This document shows positions 11,549 through 23,930 of a DNA stretch of 64,000 bases, piece after piece. Below the pieces are notes generated by a model, which saw only the letters and a list, made by a program, of their open reading frames with translations, did not search any database and was not told the DNA's origin. A program made the translations under genes and the position numbers. Source of the DNA: Rhina ancylostomus (Eukaryota). The stretch is from contig JARFYF010000001.1 in assembly GCA_030265395.1 (NCBI GenBank), positions 49,840,928-49,904,927 of the forward strand. The letters run 5' to 3'. Positions within the stretch are counted from its first letter, which is position 1; every line of letters starts with the position of its first letter.

Positions 11549-14439
11549 CTTCACTGCAGGTAAATTTTGCATGTTATGCTACTGTTGACATCATCTGGGG
11601 GAGTTTTATGCCAGAAAAAAAGAAAGCTGGGAGAATGCAAATGCCACTGACAAATAAGAAAATTAATTTCCTTACAGATGCTGATGCAGCCAGAACTGTG
11701 TGCAATACACTGGTATGGCACTTGGCACTGCCTCACAGACCACTGTTATTGTGCTCTTGGCCCTCCAGCCCGAGATACATACCCCTGTATTTTAAGAAAG
11801 ATATTTGCTCAGGCTGTTGTGCTGGGAACCTGGTGCTCCCGCAGTCATGAATCACCCCACACCCCGGAGTGGAGAGGCAGCCTGTGTGGACTGGTGTTGG
11901 ATGGGATGCGGAGAGTGATATGCCTCCTCAGTGTAGGGATATGGTGCTCGGCTGCACCCTGGCTGACACTGAGAACAAGCCATTGCTGGGGTCTTGCAGC
12001 AGCTGCTCTGTGTTGATAAGAGCACCTAGATCCCATGGTCTCCCTTCTTTTGGATGTAATGGAAGCTGTTTTCTACCCCCTCTCTTGGTTTGGCTGCAGT
12101 GACTTCTCTATAATAACAAGCTCAAGAGCCAGAGACCACCATTGAACGTTACCGTGGTGATCTCTGTTCTGGAGAGAGCTGTGAAGCCAGCTAGTGAAAA
12201 AAACAGCAGCTGCGATCACATCCAACAGGAAGTGATGAGTGAGATCCGAGCAACCTGTCAACTCAAGGAGTAGGTGCTGCTGGTGCCCAGTAATGACCCC
12301 TAGACAGGGTGCAGCCTTGAGCCCACAGCTCAGTGCTGAGTGGCTGATACTTCTGTCCTGTCCTGGCCTGCTCAACACCAACAGTCACAGGGTAGCCTCT
12401 CCACACTGAGCCATGAGGCAATTCATTACTCCGGGAGCACTTGGTTACTGGCACATCACAATGTCAATAATCCACTTCTCTATATAGACTGCTGTCATCA
12501 TCCCTTTTGGCATTGATTCCAATAGGACTCCTGTACCTGGGAATGTATCCTGAGTGCAAAGGGAGGCTCCCATGAATTGTTGTAGTCTGAGTTAGCCTGA
12601 TTTTTAAACTGCGCAGCACTTTCATTTTATTCTCAGTGATGAGATTAACAGGGCAGATCACGCACCCCTGCTTCAGCACTATTGGTGGGACTCGCCCAGG
12701 TATTCCTGTGAAAATCCCGGTCAGCACCGCCTGGCATCCACCTATATGGGCAGTGGCTTCTTCTGCCTGTCTCCCGCCAGCTGCAGTTTCTGGTTGCACT
12801 AATGAATTCCTTGTGGAATACCACATGATCATACAAGCTTCCACAGATCTCCCAGCATTCAAACCGGCAAATCTTCCCTTTGAGCTCATTCCATCAGCTC
12901 CCAGAAGATGGGCAAGTAGTTAAGGTTTTATAATATTCACTTAAGTTTATTTCAATGATTTTTAATTGGTTTTACCATGTGGATGTGTTTTTTAGCTTTA
13001 TTTTGATTACTTCAATGTGTCCCAATTGTTACTTGAAGTTATTGAGTGTTAAAGGAATTTACAAACAATATTTTTTGTATGTCAACCTGTGGGGTGAGGG
13101 AGGGGAGAGGATTGTCTTGCCTACTGTCACAGTGGTTCTGTGAGTACAGCTGACAGCCACTTATGCTGTGCTTGGCTTCACCAATGGGCTGGGAGCTGGG
13201 TTCTGAGTGGAAGACTGCACAGGAACAAATGGTGTGACCCAAGTGCAGACAGCTAGAGATCTGGGGTCAGTGGAAGATCTGTCATTCTGGGACCCAACAA
13301 TTCTGGCCCGATCCTCGTTAATTCAAAGCACATACCAGAAGTCTGGTGGCTAGCCAGGCTAGAGAGCAAAAAGCAAGTGGGCAATACAATCTACAGAATG
13401 AAACTGACCATGTAAAAAGTTGCAAGCATTAGGAAAGGTTTTTCATTTAGTTGAATAGTTCCTAAAGCAAAATTTCTAAACTAGTTGTTATCCAAATTAC
13501 CATACTGCAATTTTCACATTTCCATGCTCATTTGGAAATGCCACAATTCCAGTGGGCAACATAATGCAGATAAAGATGGGCATTGAACTATCATTATTTT
13601 TCAACTGCTACAAATATGTTTTCATAATGGAGGTTCACATTTACAGACTTGACATTCCCACTTGGCCTCAAAGGGAAATGTATGTATTTTGTCAATTGTT
13701 CTTTTAGTTTAATAAACCTGGAAAAGATTGGAACAGGTTATAAATTACTGCAATACCGAAATGACAGTGTCAATATTTTACATTTAGTTTTGAGATGTGG
13801 TAAATCATTCTCTAATTTAGCCTTTCTACACAAAACAAGGCAACGTGATCTGTGTAGCATAACTCCCAGATGAGTTGAATTCTTCTTCCCATCAAGGTTT
13901 ACTAGGCAGACGGTGAACTAATGAACACACAAGAGAGGTAATTAATGCTAAAGTTAAGATCATTTATGAGGAAAGGTCAACTTTTCCTTTCACAAGGGAA
14001 ATGTAAATATTGTGGATTAAGGGAAATTAATAATTAAATTAAACACTTGTTAGCAAAGTTCATTCTGTGATATGGATGACAGTTTAGTCCATCTTCTGTC
14101 CAATATTATTATTATTATAACCTCTCTTGAGAAACAAACTGACCCTGGGCAGGGGTGTCTTGGGTCTCTAGTGTATAGTTATCTATTATTGAATCTAAAA
14201 CTAATTCTGTTGTTGATATTAAAGAAATGGCCCATACCTGGAACAGTCTAAATGCCTCAGGGGTTTATGAGCTTGTACAATATTGGATTTGTATGAATGA
14301 GTTTTGAAAGTTGCATGGTTTGGAAAAATAGTCCATTGATTTAACTTATTCATTGCAACACACCATTTTATGGACAAATGGGAAGGGAGGAATGATTGGA
14401 AGAAGGAAGTTTTATTAACTTAAAACTAGTTCACTTGTA

Positions 14440-15850
14440 AAGCTAGCATTCACTATCCATCACTAAGCACCCTTGAGGAGGCATTGCTGAGCATCTTTCT
14501 TGAACTGCTGTGGTCATTCTGGTAAAGATACTCCAACATTGCCGTCAGGGAGGGAACTCCATTTGGCCTGGTGTTGAGAAAGAAATGACAATATAGTTCC
14601 AAGTAATGGTTTGTAACTCAGAGACGACCTGCTGCCATGTGCTTGGAGATTGTGTCTTTCTAGATGGTGGAGATTGTGGATTTGGAGGGTGCTGCCAAAG
14701 AGATTTTGATGAATAACTGCAGTAGATGATGTGCATTGCATCTACTATGTACCAGTAGTGAAGGGAATAAATGTTTAGAGTGGGGAATGGGTTAATTAAG
14801 CAAGTTGCTTTATCCTGGATAAGCTTCATGAGTGTTGTTGGATCTGTATTCTTCCAGGCAAGTGGAGAGTATTCTATCACATTCCTGCCATGAATTTTAG
14901 ATGATTAAAAGCATTTAGAGTGTCAGGAGGGGAGTTATTCACCTCTGGATTCTCTGTCCCTTACCTAGTCCTGTAGTCACAATACTCATACAACTCATTT
15001 GGCTAGTTTCTTGGAAGTTGTGACACAATGTTGGAAGGTGGGGCACTCGGCAGTGGTCACAACACTGAATGTCAAGCAGAGGCACTCTCTTGTTGGAGGT
15101 GGTCATTGGCATTTGTATGGTGAAAATGTTACATGTAACTCATTAGCCCATACCTGAGTGTTGTATTAGAGTTGCTGCACGCCCTGCTTCATTTCCTGAG
15201 CAGTTGCAGATGGAATTGAACACACTTCTATCCTATTTTCTGATCTGATCTTGGAGAAAAGGTGTAGAATGCAGAGTGCTGATTTGGTCCATTGTTTAGC
15301 TCTGTCTATTGCATGCTGTTTTTGCTGGTTAACATCCATGTTGTCCTGTGTTACAGCTTCACCAGATTGGCTCCTGGCATGCCCTGCTATACCGACTGAA
15401 CCAGGGTTGTTCTACTGGTTTGATGATAGTACTAGAGTAAGCATATGCTGAGACAATAATGCAAGGCAATTCTTCTAATACTGATGGTCCCCAGTGCCTC
15501 AGGAATGTCAATTTTAATCTGCTAGGTTTTTTTTCTGAAAATTGCCTTATTTACTAAGATATCAGTGCCACACAAGGTGTCCATTGTGTGAAGAAAGTAA
15601 TTTGTTTCTACAAGGATCGTGTAGTGGATTTTCCTAGGATGGACGCATCTAGAACGGGTATATTGGTGAGTACAAAGTCAACTAGGCCTATCCCTCATGT
15701 TGGAGCTCTCACCGTCAGGCAGAGCCCCAGTCTAGCAGCTATATCCTTCAGGTCTTAGCCAGGTTGGTTAGCTACTGAGCTACTTCTAATAGTAGACATT
15801 GAAGCTGATCATCACAGAATGTTCTCTGGTGTTTCTAATATCATTGTTCG
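14440..15850 (-). mobile_element. Decayed LINE of a second CR1/L2-group family ('family B')
   Basis: Minus-strand ORF IEYSPLAW...TTLMKLIQDKATCLI...LNIYSLH; homologous to 38640-39010 plus 40790-41200. Confidence 0.7.
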
Positions 15851-18289
15851 TTATCGTGGGTGGTAAATAGTAATCAGTACCTTCCTACAAACTACTGGCC
15901 TCTGTTCAACAGGATTTTTGAAATACCTTGAGAGGGATTTCTTAGCCTTGGAATCTAAAGGTATTCTCAGGAGTTGCATTAAGATAACATGCTTGTACAA
16001 TGATATATTTAAGGAAGGAATTGTGCATTTTGGAAATAGTACTCAATGGAAGGACTTCACTCAGTTAGAGGGAGAGGTGTTAGGAAAGTAGAACTGTTGA
16101 TCTTACTGATTCCAGAATACAATGGGATAAATCTTTATCATCAAAGAATGTGGGAAATAATATTAGCAGGCATACGGGGCTGGTTCCCAGACAAATATAT
16201 TTTTCTAATTTAACAAGTTGTTCAATTTATTTTTGAAAAATGAAACTGGTCAAATAAATAACATTAAGCAGGAGATAAACTGAGAACCAGCTGAGTTTCA
16301 TTTTTATGCATGATTTGTTAAATATTTAACACAAAAATGTAGAACTGAAAATAGGGTGAGGCTCCATTAAGTGGAATGACATTAGCACATCTCCCCAGTT
16401 TGCCGTGTGCTGATGTATCAGGGAGGACATGGACAAGGCTAAGTAGACAAGAGATTTCTCAGTTTCAGCAAAGCTCACAAAGCTCTGGGACTTAAATCTT
16501 CCATTGCAGCTTCGCAGCAGTGTCTGCACCTGGCTGAATGTTGAAATAGCTACACTGACATCATGTGTACTGGGGACCAGATATGCTGTTACCTAGAGGA
16601 AGCACAACAGACAGCTCTCCCATGAAGCCAACAAAGAGCTCCTCAGCAATTCCAGGGCATCACTAAAGAACAGAGTTGAATGCTTGGCTGGAAATCTTTT
16701 TCAACATGGTAACCATGGACCACAAAAATTTTGAGACAAATCTAAGTGTGGCTCCTCCATGCCCTATACATTGTCCTCAAGCTCTGGCATTTAATGTTCC
16801 TGTACTATTACTTAACTTTTTTACTCAATATTATTACTTAATTCGAGCTGCTGTGAAGTAGAAGCTTGCCTGTTCTCCATTGTCTTTTTATTTCCCCACA
16901 GAAAAGTTAAGAGGTATATGAAAGAATATACAAAGTACAGATGTTTAAAAAATGTAGTGAAATATTAATTTTACTAATTTTCTAGAAGTGCTTGTTAAGG
17001 ATAAACATCTTAAGGCCACAATTTCATCTTTGTTGGAAAAGCCTGTTAAGAAGTTTTATACTGGTAGAAAATAATTTTCAGAACAGTGGACTGGATTTAC
17101 AGTATATCATTGATTTATTTTGGAGGTGGATGGAGTGATTTTCCAATATATACTTGCCTGGAGTCTTAAAATACAGGTAATAGGATCATTCCATTAAAAC
17201 TTACTTGCCTAGAATTTTTCTCCAGCATTATATTGTCACAAAGCATCTTTTACTCTGTTTTTGAANNNNNNNNNNNNNNNNNNNNNNNNNNNNNNNNNNN
17301 NNNNNNNNNNNNNNNNNNNNNNNNNNNNNNNNNNNNNNNNNNNNNNNNNNNNNNNNNNNNNNNNNNNNNNNNNNNNNNNNNNNNNNNNNNNNNNNNNNNN
17401 NNNNNNNNNNNNNNNNNNNNNNNNNNNNNNNNNNNNNNNNNNNNNNNNNNNNNNNNNNNNNNNNNNNNNNNNNNNNNNNNNNNNNNNNNNNNNNNNNNNN
17501 NNNNNNNNNNNNNNNNNNNNNNNNNNNNNNNNNNNNNNNNNNNNNNNNNNNNNNNNNNNNNNNNNNNNNNNNNNNNNNNNNNNNNNNNNNNNNNNNNNNN
17601 NNNNNNNNNNNNNNNNNNNNNNNNNNNNNNNNNNNNNNNNNNNNNNNNNNNNNNNNNNNNNNNNNNNNNNNNNNNNNNNNNNNNNNNNNNNNNNNNNNAT
17701 TTAGCTTTACCATACATACTTAAAGTCTTCTAGTTCTGACAAAAGCTCATTGACCTGAAATATTAGTTCAGTCTCTCTCTGTACAGGTGCTGACTGACCT
17801 GCAAAGTATCTCAAGAATTCTCAATTTTTACCTTCACTATCATGTTTATTGGATTTAATCATTACCGCAAGGAGAGTAATTTCACCCCAGATATTTCCAT
17901 AAGTATTACTTGAAAATGACTAGGATGTATGCCACATTTTTTTATACAATTTATTAAAACAAGTCAATTAATTGCATCGGCAGTATTATTGTATCTAAAT
18001 AATGGCTCTGTAATTTGATAATGTTTAAAACTCCTTTGGTATTCCCTGCATGCTTCACTTTCTCTTTAAAATAATTTAAGTGTGGTGGTTCCTATAAATC
18101 GACACAGATTGAACACTTTTTAGATAGATACCATCCTGGCCTCCTTGTTGTGGAAAGTTCATATTGCTTTGTTTTCCCAAGAACTTCAATAAGACCTCAA
18201 AATCTTCATTCCCTGTTTAATTTCCAGAGTCTAGACTGGAAAAAGTGTATTTTTGTTATTTAGCATAGTGAAGATGAATTGAAATCATT

Positions 18290-19640
18290 GACTATGGAAC
18301 AATAGAAAAGCAGTGAAAAATGAGGCCATTTGGTCCATTGTCCCTGTGCTGTCTCTTTGATAGAGATAATCCAATCAATCCTGATCACTTTCCTCTTAAC
18401 CTTACATACTACTTTCCCTTCAGGTATGAATCCAATTTCATTTTGAGAGGTGCCATTGAATCTCCTTCCAAAACCTTTTTAAACAATGTGCGAGATCACA
18501 AGATGTGTAAAGTTATGTCTACTCCTGTCACCTTGTTGCCATCACCCTAAAATTGTACTCTTCAGTTACCAACTCCTGCTGCAGCCAGAAACTGTTTCTT
18601 TTCAATTACACTATCAAACCAATCATCACTCTGTGCATCTCCATCAAATCTCCTCTTACTCTGCTCAAGGGATTACCATCGCTGTTTCTCTCTTCTCTTC
18701 ACAGAATTGAAGACCCTAAACCTTAGTTTTGTTTCGGAAAATCCCTTCTGCACTCTCATTGATGCCTTAATGTCTTTCCTGTAGTGTAGAGCTTGAATTA
18801 AGTACATTACCCAGCTGATGCTTAACCTATAATAAAAACAGAAAATACTGGAAACACTCAGCAGGTCATGAAGCATCTGTGGAAAGAGAAATAGTTAACA
18901 TTTCAGGTCGGAGGACTTTTGTCAAAATTCAGAAAGATGCCTAACCTGTGTTTTCATAGATATTTGATATAACTTCCTTGCTTTAAGAAAGCCAAGGGTT
19001 GCACATGCTTTTATTTTCTCAACCTGTGTCATCTCTCTAAGATCTGTGCATATGCAGCTCTGGTTTCTCTGTTACTTAACCCACCTATCTGAATGTATCA
19101 CTTCACACTCTGTGATCAATTTCGATCATCCACATGCTTATCCATTTCACTAGACTGGCTGTCTCCCCCAGAAACCTTTCATTCGCTCACATGAACAAGA
19201 TTTGCTTCGTCCATGAACCTTGAAATCATGGCATGGATTTCAAATTTTAGGGTATTAACATAATCTCAAAATAAGCAGTAGTCCTAACAGCACCACCTCC
19301 AGTCTAAAGAACAACTGTTCATCACCACTCTGTTTCTGTCCCTTAACTAATTTTGATCAATACTGCTAAGGTTCCTTTAATTGTAATGGACTTTACATTT
19401 TCATTAACCATATAATGTGGTACTTCAAATACCATTAGGAAGACAATATCCACAACACCGACCACAGTATCCTCATCAATCCTCCCCATTACCTCATAAA
19501 AAGAACTTAATCAAATTACACAATCACAATTTGAATTTAGTATCTCTGTACTGATATTGTACAGTTGTTAGCTCATTTTTTGTTGAATATGAATTCATTT
19601 TGTCTCAAATTATTATTTCATAGTTTCCCTATTATTTGCT
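18290..19640 (-). mobile_element. Old CR1 LINE remnant with Penelope-like insertion at ~18830-18940
   Basis: aggccatttggtccattg CR1 tail; ORF YRKDIKASMRVQKGFS resembles YRKD..ALERVQRRFT. Confidence 0.65.
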
Positions 19641-20169
19641 TTAGACTGGATGGCCTGTGTGGTTTACCTTGATGTTCAATTACAGGCTCTTAAATAAACT
19701 AAAGTCCTTTTGCCAAAGGACAAAAGGTCAGAGCCTCTACACCAAGCCCAGTCACTGCTTGACTCAAGGATGTGGCGAGCCAGNNNNNNNNNNCAGAGAG
19801 ACTGGTTCCTTATATCAGGCCCAGGTGATACAAAGAAGCATTGCTGGTAGTGACTTCCGATGGCAGGTCTCTTAAGTGTGTCAGGATCACATGGGTTGCC
19901 ATTGGTGACTTTAACTGAAACTATCTTTGGTACTGTAGGAAGATTAAAAATCCAGTTAGAGACATTGTAAAAATTCATTCAAGGTATGAAGGGAACGAGT
20001 TTGTGAGATTCGGTGTGTTTTAGAGCATTGAAGAGGAAAGGAAAGTTGGAGATAAAGCAGTAGTGTGCCAGGAAGGGGAAGTGGCAGTTGTATTTTTTTT
20101 AGAAGGAAAGGATGAAGAGTGCAGCCTTGAAATTGAAGGGGAAGAGTACTTGAGAAGAAAGCAAACCAT

Positions 20170-20445
20170 TAGGCATTAAGGTGAAAGGCAGGAGATTTAA
20201 AGGGGATCTTGGAGGGTGGTTGATATCTGGGACATGCTACCAGAGGAGGTGGAATTACATACAATTTAATTACAATTTAAATACAATTACTTACCGGTTA
20301 AGAGGCATTTAGGCAGACACTTAAATAGGCAAGGCATAGAAGATTTCTAATGTGGGTAAGTAGGATCAGTGTGGATGGGCAGAAAGGTCAGCATGGACAT
20401 GGTGGGTCAAAGGTCCCGTATCTGTGCTGCATGACTCTGTGACTC
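20170..20445 (+). mobile_element. CR1 3' end inserted in an L2-like remnant (~19860-20750, minus strand)
   Basis: aaggtgaaaggcaggagatttaaaggggatct...ggacatggtgggtcaaaggtcccgtatctgtgctgcatgactctgtgact. Confidence 0.75.
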
Positions 20446-20749
20446 CACTAGCAACGTTAGTTGATGTGACCAGAAGAGGAAGTTGGGAGCTCAGCAGTTA
20501 ATTAGGAATTGAGTCAAAGAATGAGGTAGTGGGTATCATGGACAAGGTGAGTATGGAGACACTATGAGGGGAGATGATGCGGTGATGGGGATGGCAAGCA
20601 AACTTAATTCCAATCAGACCTTTGTACTTATTGTTGGAAGTAAGGTGGCAAACTGGGGGAGGTGTTTGTGAAGATGGTTTACAAGAGGAAAAGAAGCCAA
20701 AGATTATCTTTCAACTGCAGGAGGAAGATGGAAGACTCAACAATTTCAG

Positions 20750-20895
20750 GCCTGATGTGGTCCGGTCAAATCTCCTCAAGCTTGTGTTGACATGCATTTT
20801 TTCCCTCCACCGATGCTGCTTGACATTCTGAATTCTTCCAACATTCTGATTTTTATTTTGTTCCAGATTCCAACATCTGCAGTCTCTTTTGTCTT
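20750..20895 (+). mobile_element. Short Penelope-like terminal-repeat fragment
   Basis: cctgatg...ccaccgatgctgcttgacattctgaattcttcca...ccagattccaacatctgcagtc. Confidence 0.55.
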
Positions 20896-22959
20896 CACCT
20901 CCTCAGACTTCTTCACTTCTAAGTGAGAGCCTGATACTCCCAGATCCAGTCAAAATTGCTTTCCTCATCATCTAAACTTGTACTTCACTCCAGGACTGCC
21001 TTTGGTGACAAGAATTCAGCACCATTAGTTTTATCTTGTGCTGCTATCAATGCACTTTAGGAAGTTAACCTCCCTCGGTACTCTGGGAGACTTAACTCCC
21101 AGTCCTAATAACTTTTCTACAAAGGAACACCAGGAATAGCAGTAGGCCACTCAACCCCTTGAGCTACCTCTGCTGTTTAATTGGCTCATGGCTGATCTGC
21201 ATCTGTGTTCCTTCTACCCACCTTTGCTCTACATCCTTTATTATCTTCATATAACAACCATCTTGGTATTGTGAGTCCAATTATCCTAACACTCATAGCC
21301 TTTGGGGGGAGAGAGCTCCAGATTTCTGCTCCCATTTCTACTTACAACACCACTACCTTACACAGTCAGGCTTGCTTTTGAATATTTATTTTTTCAGGGT
21401 GGTTCTTTCACATCTTCCCATGAGGTAGGAAATTTTTATTGTCTAGTGAGACTNNNNNNNNNNNNNNNNNNNNNNNNNNNNNNNNNNNNNNNNNNNNNNN
21501 NNNNNNNNNNNNNNNNNNNNNNNNNNNNNNNNNNNNNNNNNNNNNNNNNNNNNTTTATGGTCTAGTGAGACTTGGCTGTTGCTTTTAAGAGAAGCTCTTA
21601 GTAACTGAAGCCATTAATAGACATCTGAGATCAATCAGAGGCCATTGTAAATGCATATAAATTTCAAACTCTGGGAACTAAAATTGACTGTGTTCTTTTC
21701 CTGAACATTTTAACATCTGATATATGATAGATGTAAGTTGAATACAGGATTTTTAGACAGATTGTTAGACTGATAGCTTTATTTAAAAACTCTGGAGTAG
21801 ACATATCACCTTTTGATTGACAGCAGCAATATATAAATTTCCTTATTAATTGAATAGCATTAGAGAGGCTCTCCAGCCTAGCAAATGACAATTATCAGAC
21901 TGAGGACCACCTTTATTGTATGGACATGAATTATTTAGGCATGGTTAATAATTCAAAGTTTTGCTAAGTTTGACCACAGGGATAACACTGAACTGTTGGT
22001 TTGTTTTATCCTACACAATGTTGACAAGTAAATTGGAATTTAATATATGGGCCCTCCATCAGAAATATCTTGAATTAATTGTCAGCAGTAGCTGTGTAGT
22101 GATAGTTTTAATATGCAGTCATAAGCACCATAAGTCTACATTTTATACTGAGCTTAGAGTAGAAATTAATTCCTTTTTCATTTCTTGCTGTTTGGAAGGA
22201 GCTAGAGAAGACCTTAATTGGAAATGTAGAAATCAAATCAAAGAGCAGATTTGTGCACTAATCAATTGAATGACAGTAGAGAGTCGATTGTTGAATGTGA
22301 TCAAGACCTTTTACAACTTGCATTATTGCCCAATGGCTGTGCAGAAAGGGAATTTACATGAAACATGCAGAAAGTGCAGGAATGCAATCAATCTTCATCC
22401 AATGGCCAACTGAGTCCTCCCACTGAAATTGATTTGCCCATGTGTGACTACTACCCATTGTGGACCATTCCCAGGAAATCAAAGCTGATTATCAGTTTCT
22501 CGTGGATGTGTTGGAGAGAGAGCTGGAGTTGAACTCGCTACAATCAGTCACACAAGTTCAGAGCAGCAGAAACTTGGGAGAATTCTGAACATTGCTGAGG
22601 TGATGCCTTTTGCTTGTAATCTGAAGAGCGAAAATCAGAAGCAGGAGCAGATCGCACAAATGCCAAGCCTTCCTCACAGAGCAAAAGAAGGGCTCTGGCC
22701 AGTGGACCCTATCCCCGAGTCTGCCACAGGCCTTGTCCTCACTGCCACCTGCAAGAAGAGCAATGACCCAGCAGTGGTAATGAAGATCAGTCACCATGCC
22801 TGCATCACTCTGTTCGGTTGAAGCCACCCTGAACTACTTAAGCTGTAGAAGTGGTGGGTGAGTGGTAAATATATTCCTGTGTTAGTCTACCATAACCTAT
22901 TGGTGCATTGGATGTCATGGTTGCTTTCCAATAAAGAAGAGAAGAATTTGCATGAGCAA

Positions 22960-23930
22960 TATAACATAAGGAAAATGATCAGGAGTTAACATATGGCCCC
23001 AATAAGATCATTGGCTAATTTTGCTCCTGCTCCTCCCCATGTCCCCTGATTCCTTTAGTATCACACAATCTATTGATCTCAGCCTGACTGAGTGCTCACA
23101 AGGTTGACGATTCCAAAGATTTGCATCCCTGTGCAAAGAAACTTCTCATCATCTTAATCCTAATGACCTATCCCCGATGTGGTGACTCTGCTCCCTATTT
23201 CTATACTCTCAGAGTTCCTCTCAGAATCTTGTATGTCTCAATGAGGTCACCTCTCGTTCTTCTGAGCTCTAGTATTTATAGGCCAATCTTTCATCATAGG
23301 AAAAGCTCGTGCCAGAAATCAAATTACTGAACCTACACGTCATGATTCCAAGGAAAGTACAACCTGCATGAGGTATGGAGATGGAAATGGTTTATGGTGC
23401 ACCAAATGAGTCTTGCCAAAGTCCTGTATAATCTCAACAAGACATCCCTTATTTTGAACTCCAACGCTTCGCAGGGAAAACCAATGTTACATTTGCCCTT
23501 CTATTATTGTTATATCTGCACATCTGTTTCCTGCCTCTTCTGAGCCAACACGCTGATACCCTCCTGTTAGCCAGTGTTGACTACCTGCTGCACCATTGTT
23601 GTGACATGGTAGAAAGGTTGGGCTTCAAGCTCTCTGCAAAGCCATGTGCAAAGTTGAAACTGGACTTTGCCCATGTTCTGGACATCTTGTATATGCACAG
23701 ACAATTATTACAAACATTTCCGTGTGTTGGCTCATAACCTCTCCTCTGTAACTGTTAAATCTGAGTCCTCCAGAGCAGAACTGATGTGAACCTTCCTCCT
23801 GGGAAGCTGGTATTTTCATTACCATTTTCTCCATGGTCCACCTGCAGTCCACTAGTGTCTGGTGACTGACCACATGCAGATGCCAACCTCTAACTATCCT
23901 CAAGTGCCAGGATCAGACAGGGTGGACGGA
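22960..23930 (-). mobile_element. Old CR1 remnants (3' end, possibly ORF1)
   Basis: aataagatcattggct, aagaaacttctcatcatct and tcacctctcgttcttct match reverse CR1 3' motifs. Confidence 0.55.

Noticed and set aside
17228-17733. Long ORFs in the ORF track (also ~2060-2450, 42670-43080, 53570-53930)
   Set aside because: Open only because they cross N runs
22558-22860. Exon-like ORF (MPFACNLKSENQKQEQ...) with a downstream gtgagt donor
   Set aside because: No recognisable protein similarity, an in-frame stop before the donor and no clear acceptor
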